Source: Octopus bimaculoides
Lineage: Eukaryota
NCBI RefSeq assembly: GCF_001194135.2
Contig: NC_068997.1
Span: 30,153,058 to 30,208,538 of the forward strand
Direction: 5' to 3'
DNA: 55,481 bases
The notes beneath the pieces were generated by a model. The model saw only the letters and a list, made by a program, of their open reading frames with translations, was not told the DNA's origin and ran no database searches. Position numbers and translations under genes: made by a program. Below are positions 51,041 through 55,481 of the stretch, in pieces; within the stretch, counting starts at the first letter, position 1; each line of letters begins with the position of its first letter.

Positions 51041-51671
51041 CTGTGTATCTATTTATGTGTCTGTGTTAGTCCCCCCACCATTGCTTGATAACCAATGTTG
51101 GTGTGTTTACATCCCCATAACTTAGCAGTTCAGCAAAAGAGACTGATAGAATAAATACTAGTCTTACAAAGAGTAAGTCCTGGGGCCGATTTGTTCAACT
51201 AAAGGTGGTGCTCCAGCATGGCTGCAGTTAAGTGACTGAAATAAATAAAAGAATAAAAGATTATAAAATAATAGGCATAGAAATGTGTGTGTGTGTGTGT
51301 ATGTATATCTATGTGTATGTACATATGAATACAAATGTGTGTGTATGTATACACACACACACACACGCAAACTGACCCTCTTCAGAATACTGTAATATAT
51401 TCACCACCACCATCATCATCATCATCATCATAAATACCATCATCACCATCAACAACACCTCTATCACCTGCACAATACCATCTCCTCCACCACCACCCTC
51501 ATGATTACAAGCCCCAGTACCGCTTCCTCTGACTACTACCCCTATCGCCACCAACGCCTCCGGCACCTCTTCTACGAGACAACCACTTCTTGCACCAACA
51601 CCACAAGCTGATACCACATGAATACCACCCACCACCACTGCCACCTACACAACCACCCCCATGGCCAATGC

Positions 51672-51976
51672 TGGCACTCTGTTGGTTTTGAGTTGATCTG
51701 GTTGATGGAGCAGCTGCCTGTGAAATTAAAGAGCAAGTGGCTGCATACTCCACAGACAAGTGTACCCTTAACGTAGTTCCCAGGGAGATTCAGTGTGACA
51801 CAGAATGTGACAAGGCTAGTCCCCTTTGAATTACAGGTACAACTCATTTGTGCCACCTGAGTTGATTGAAGCAACTTGAAATGAACTGTCTTGCTCAAGG
51901 GACTCAATGTGAAGCCAGGAAATCGAACTCCTGACCTTATGATTGTGAGCCGAGTACCCTAACCACTTTGCCACAC
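51672..51976 (-). mobile_element. tRNA-derived CORE-like SINE (distinct tail)
   Basis: Minus strand GGCAAAGTGGTTAGGG...GGAGTTCGATTTCC...CCCTTGAGCAAGACAGTTCATTTCAAGTTGC, followed by a tail unlike families A and B. Confidence 0.65.
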
Positions 51977-52199
51977 TTCTCCACTCTATGACCAAAACCT
52001 ACATTATTGGAACTACTACTATAACCAGTACCAAAACTACAAACCCGCCAGTGCCACCACCACCACCATCACCATCAATAAACAGCAAGGTTCACTATTT
52101 CGCCCTCTTTGTGATTGGTTGCCAAATACATTGGGAATCTTCAACAACTTAATTATCTGCTCCACTGGTTCAGGCAGTCAGTCAGAAAATCATACCTCA

Positions 52200-52920
52200 T
52201 TCCTTTCTCTCTCTCTCTCTCTCTTTTGTCCTTCTTTCTCCATCTCTCTTCTCGTCTCTCTTTACAATGCTTTAACTGAATCTCTTTCTCTCTCTCTTTC
52301 TTTCTCTAACCTTTTCTCTATCTCTCTACTTTTATTCCTCTACTGATCTCACTATCGACCTACCTCTACTTTTCTACCTCCCCCTCCCTCACTCATTGCG
52401 TTAACTCTCTCTCTCTCTCTCTTTCTCTCTCATTTACTCTCTCTCTCTCTCTGTTCTCGTCTCTCTCTCTCTGTTCTCATCTCTCTCTCTCTCCCTCTAT
52501 TCTCATCTCTCTCTCTCCCTCTATTCTCGTCTCTCTCTCTCTACCTCTCTCTCTTCCCTTTTAGCATCTGCCTATCTTCTCTCTTACTCTCCCACTCTTT
52601 TTCCCTTACCTCTTTTCTTACTCTCTCACTTCTGTCCCCATCCCCATACTTTTCTCTTTCCTTTTTCTCTCCCTCTTGAAACACACTGCATACTCCTTTC
52701 TCTCCCTCCCTCTCTCCTCTCTCTCCCCTCTCTCCTCTCTCTCGCTTTCTCTCTGAATTCCTTGAATCCACACACACACACCCTGCTTATTTTCTCTTTT
52801 TCTCTCTTCCATTCACCTTTCCTTCTCTCATACTTCATTTCTGTTTTTTCTGAACCTTCTCCCTTTCTTACCATCTCCCCCCCTCTGTCTCTCTCCATTA
52901 TTCTCTCTTCCTCATCTTAG
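52200..52920. repeat. Long (CT)-rich polypyrimidine low-complexity tract with a degenerate ~20-24 bp minisatellite
   Basis: Repeats of CTCTCTCTCTCT(G/A)TTCTC(G/A)T at ~52436-52545. A similar CT-rich tract lies at 31325-31760, including (TCTTTCTTTGGTATA)x3 at 31330-31374. Confidence 0.9.
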
Positions 52921-55481
52921 TCTCTTCTTTCAACTTCTAAACAATTTCATAAAACTCTCTTCTGCTCATTCAATTTCTCCACTGTTCTCCTGATTTGTTT
53001 AATGATGCACACAGCATTGTTCTGTGCACATTTGCACACTTTTTAAATATTTCTTCAATTTTGATTTGATTTTTTTTTTCTACATTCATTGTTTTTGATT
53101 TTTTTTCTTCTTAAATTTCCATTTTTCTTCACCTGTTTTACATGATTTTTCCATGTTAACATGTCTAAGAAAGTTTCTTTTCTATTTTTTTCATTCTTTA
53201 TGCTTCTCCTATACCACCCCTACAAAAGCAGGACTTTAAAAAAAAATGACAAGAATTAGGTGATTCTGTTTTTGTCATGTTTGCTTGCATGATTGAGGGT
53301 CCACTCCAGCATTTTAGAAATTATTGAAGCCAGGAAAGTCTAAATTTCTTTTCATCACTGATTACTAAGCAAAATGAAAATGGACTTAGACCAGTGATTA
53401 GAGAATGTGAACGGATGGATTGATTGAGTATTGGTAAGCTGCACTAGACTCCAGTCTGATTTGGTATGGTTTTCTACGGCTGGATGTCCTTCCTAACGCC
53501 AACCACTCGGAGAGTGTAATGGGTGCTTTTATGTGCCACCAACAAAGGTGCCAGTTGTGTGACACCAGTTGTCTGCCACGACTGTGATTTTGCTCAGCTT
53601 GATGTCTTTTCAAGCACAACATAATGCCGAAGGTCTCAGTCATTGCCTCCGTGAGGCCCACCGCTTAAAAGGAACTCAGCCACTTTGTCTGAGTTCCTTT
53701 CAAGTGTTCGGCCTCACAGAGTCAAAGTGATAAATAGAAAAGGCAGGAAGAAGAGACAGAGGGAAATTCAAATCTCTGTGGGAAGAAAGTCTTCCTGTTT
53801 AAGTCCAAAATTTTTTTTCTGGAAGCAATTTGTTTCTCATTAGCTTAACCCTACAGAAATTGGTGTTTTCCACTATCCTGTGGATCTTTGAGGATGAGAA
53901 GGTATTTGGCTAGTATCCATGACAACCAAACTTTTTCAATCAAGCTCTTTTCTAATGTTCCTTATTCTACAGTAACATTATTCAGCTTGGTCACACAACA
54001 AAAGCTTTCAAAAGACATTATAACAAAATTAATGGCCGTTCATTAACTGAAAGCATCCCAGCTGTGACAATATAATCTTTCAGTCAGTGCATTTTGGACT
54101 TTATACTTTTAAGATAGTGCAAAGTGAGTTGAGGGACATTTAACTGCTATTTCTAGTACACTGAGCATCTGCTGAGAATCTTCCTCATTATTCATGTCTG
54201 TCACTAATGATGTTCTCTCCAAAAATAACTAGTTCCATGTACAAGGGAAAGATTTGCTACAGATACCAATATTGAATGGCAGCCATACTATATTTCCTGT
54301 AGTACATGAACTGAGCTATCTCTCTGTTTTTAACTTATTTTTCTTTGATTAATTAATTAATTTTATAAATGTATTTAATCTTTAATCTTTCGTAATGGAA
54401 ACAGCACTTTATTTTGTATTCTATGCTATTAACTGACATAATTTTTTTTTTTTTTCAAATCTCTATTTTTTGTTATTTCTCATTTTCTTTTCAATCAAAA
54501 ATCTTCGAGAAGATAGTTTAGGCTAAAAACACTGACTTTTTGTATTGATTAACTTTTAAATGCGTAATCTTTTTTGTTAATGTAAACCTATTTACTTTCC
54601 ATGTTTCTTTTTTCATTACTGTGTGTTTTTAGTTTCATCCTTCCTTATAATGAGTTCAAAACTTGCCAGGGCAGGTTTTACATTTCATCCTTCTTGTATC
54701 ACTAAAATAATTACCTTTAATATACCAGAGTTGACTTAATACTGTTACTACTTCAACTACAACAGTTGACTTAATCTCTTCCCCCAGCTAAATACCAACA
54801 TCATTTGTCCATGGATTATCATTGGCTAAATCTACTCTCTTACAGACATTCAGACCATTATATATGCCTTCTTCCTGTAGTGTCCTATCAGACGTGGTTA
54901 CTTCCTCACTTTCCTCCAGACCAGTCTTAGAGATCTCTACAAAGGGTCATGAGGTGTCTCTTTCCTCCTCAGGCCAGTCCATACATACAAAGTAGTTCCT
55001 GCTCCCTGAATTAGCAAGCTGTGAATCCCCACCTCACATCCAAACTTAACTGAATTAGAAAATTACTATTTTTAAATCTCACGAGAGATATTCAGCAACA
55101 GTTCTTTGTAGTAAAGATTATTTGCCAGCATAACATGGCAGGACGAATGTTGCTGTAATTTAGCCCCAGGAGACATTGTCTCCAGCTGACTATATGACAT
55201 GATTTGTGTCCTTATATGAATTATACTGAATTACCTATTTCTATTCCTGTCCTCTCTTTTGTCTTTCACCCACAAAACACTGAAGTAAATGCTTCACTCT
55301 AACCTTTTTCTCAGAAACTTAGGCCCGGGGACAAGGTGTGCAGGGGGCACTAGCACACCTCCTAAAATACTATGGGGGTGCAAAATCAAAATTTCCACCC
55401 CTACTTACTTTTCTTGGGTTCAGAAAACAGTAAAAAGTGATCTGTCAATGTAGCTTGAAGTTAGGTTTCTTCTCAAAGAAC

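Overview
AT-rich, microsatellite- and SINE-saturated metazoan genomic DNA with N-gaps. The repeat landscape suggests a coleoid cephalopod, probably Octopus (inference, not verified). One protein-coding gene is supported: the 5' part of a leishmanolysin-like peptidase/invadolysin (LMLN, M8 metalloprotease) on +. Its exons are 21277-21630, 43489-43623 and 44018-44100, with GT-AG junctions that join in frame and a ~21.9 kb first intron; the catalytic exons are not seen. A candidate divergent promoter lies at ~1680-1895. The rest is transposon debris: several tRNA-derived or (GAT)n-tailed SINE-like families, an R4/Dong-like LINE 3' end, a Tc1 IR/DR left half, a mariner 3' remnant, a decayed Gypsy-like pol and TTAA-flanked piggyBac-like MITEs. 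The most unusual structures are in LMLN intron 1: (i) a palindromic head-to-head tRNA-headed element whose two tails each carry a decayed minimal hammerhead-ribozyme motif of the Penelope type (32388-32895), and (ii) a cluster of long hairpins and inverted repeats at 24639-26135. Nearly all ORFs in the supplied track are microsatellite-, repeat- or N-derived artefacts. Repeat boundaries are approximate, read by eye.
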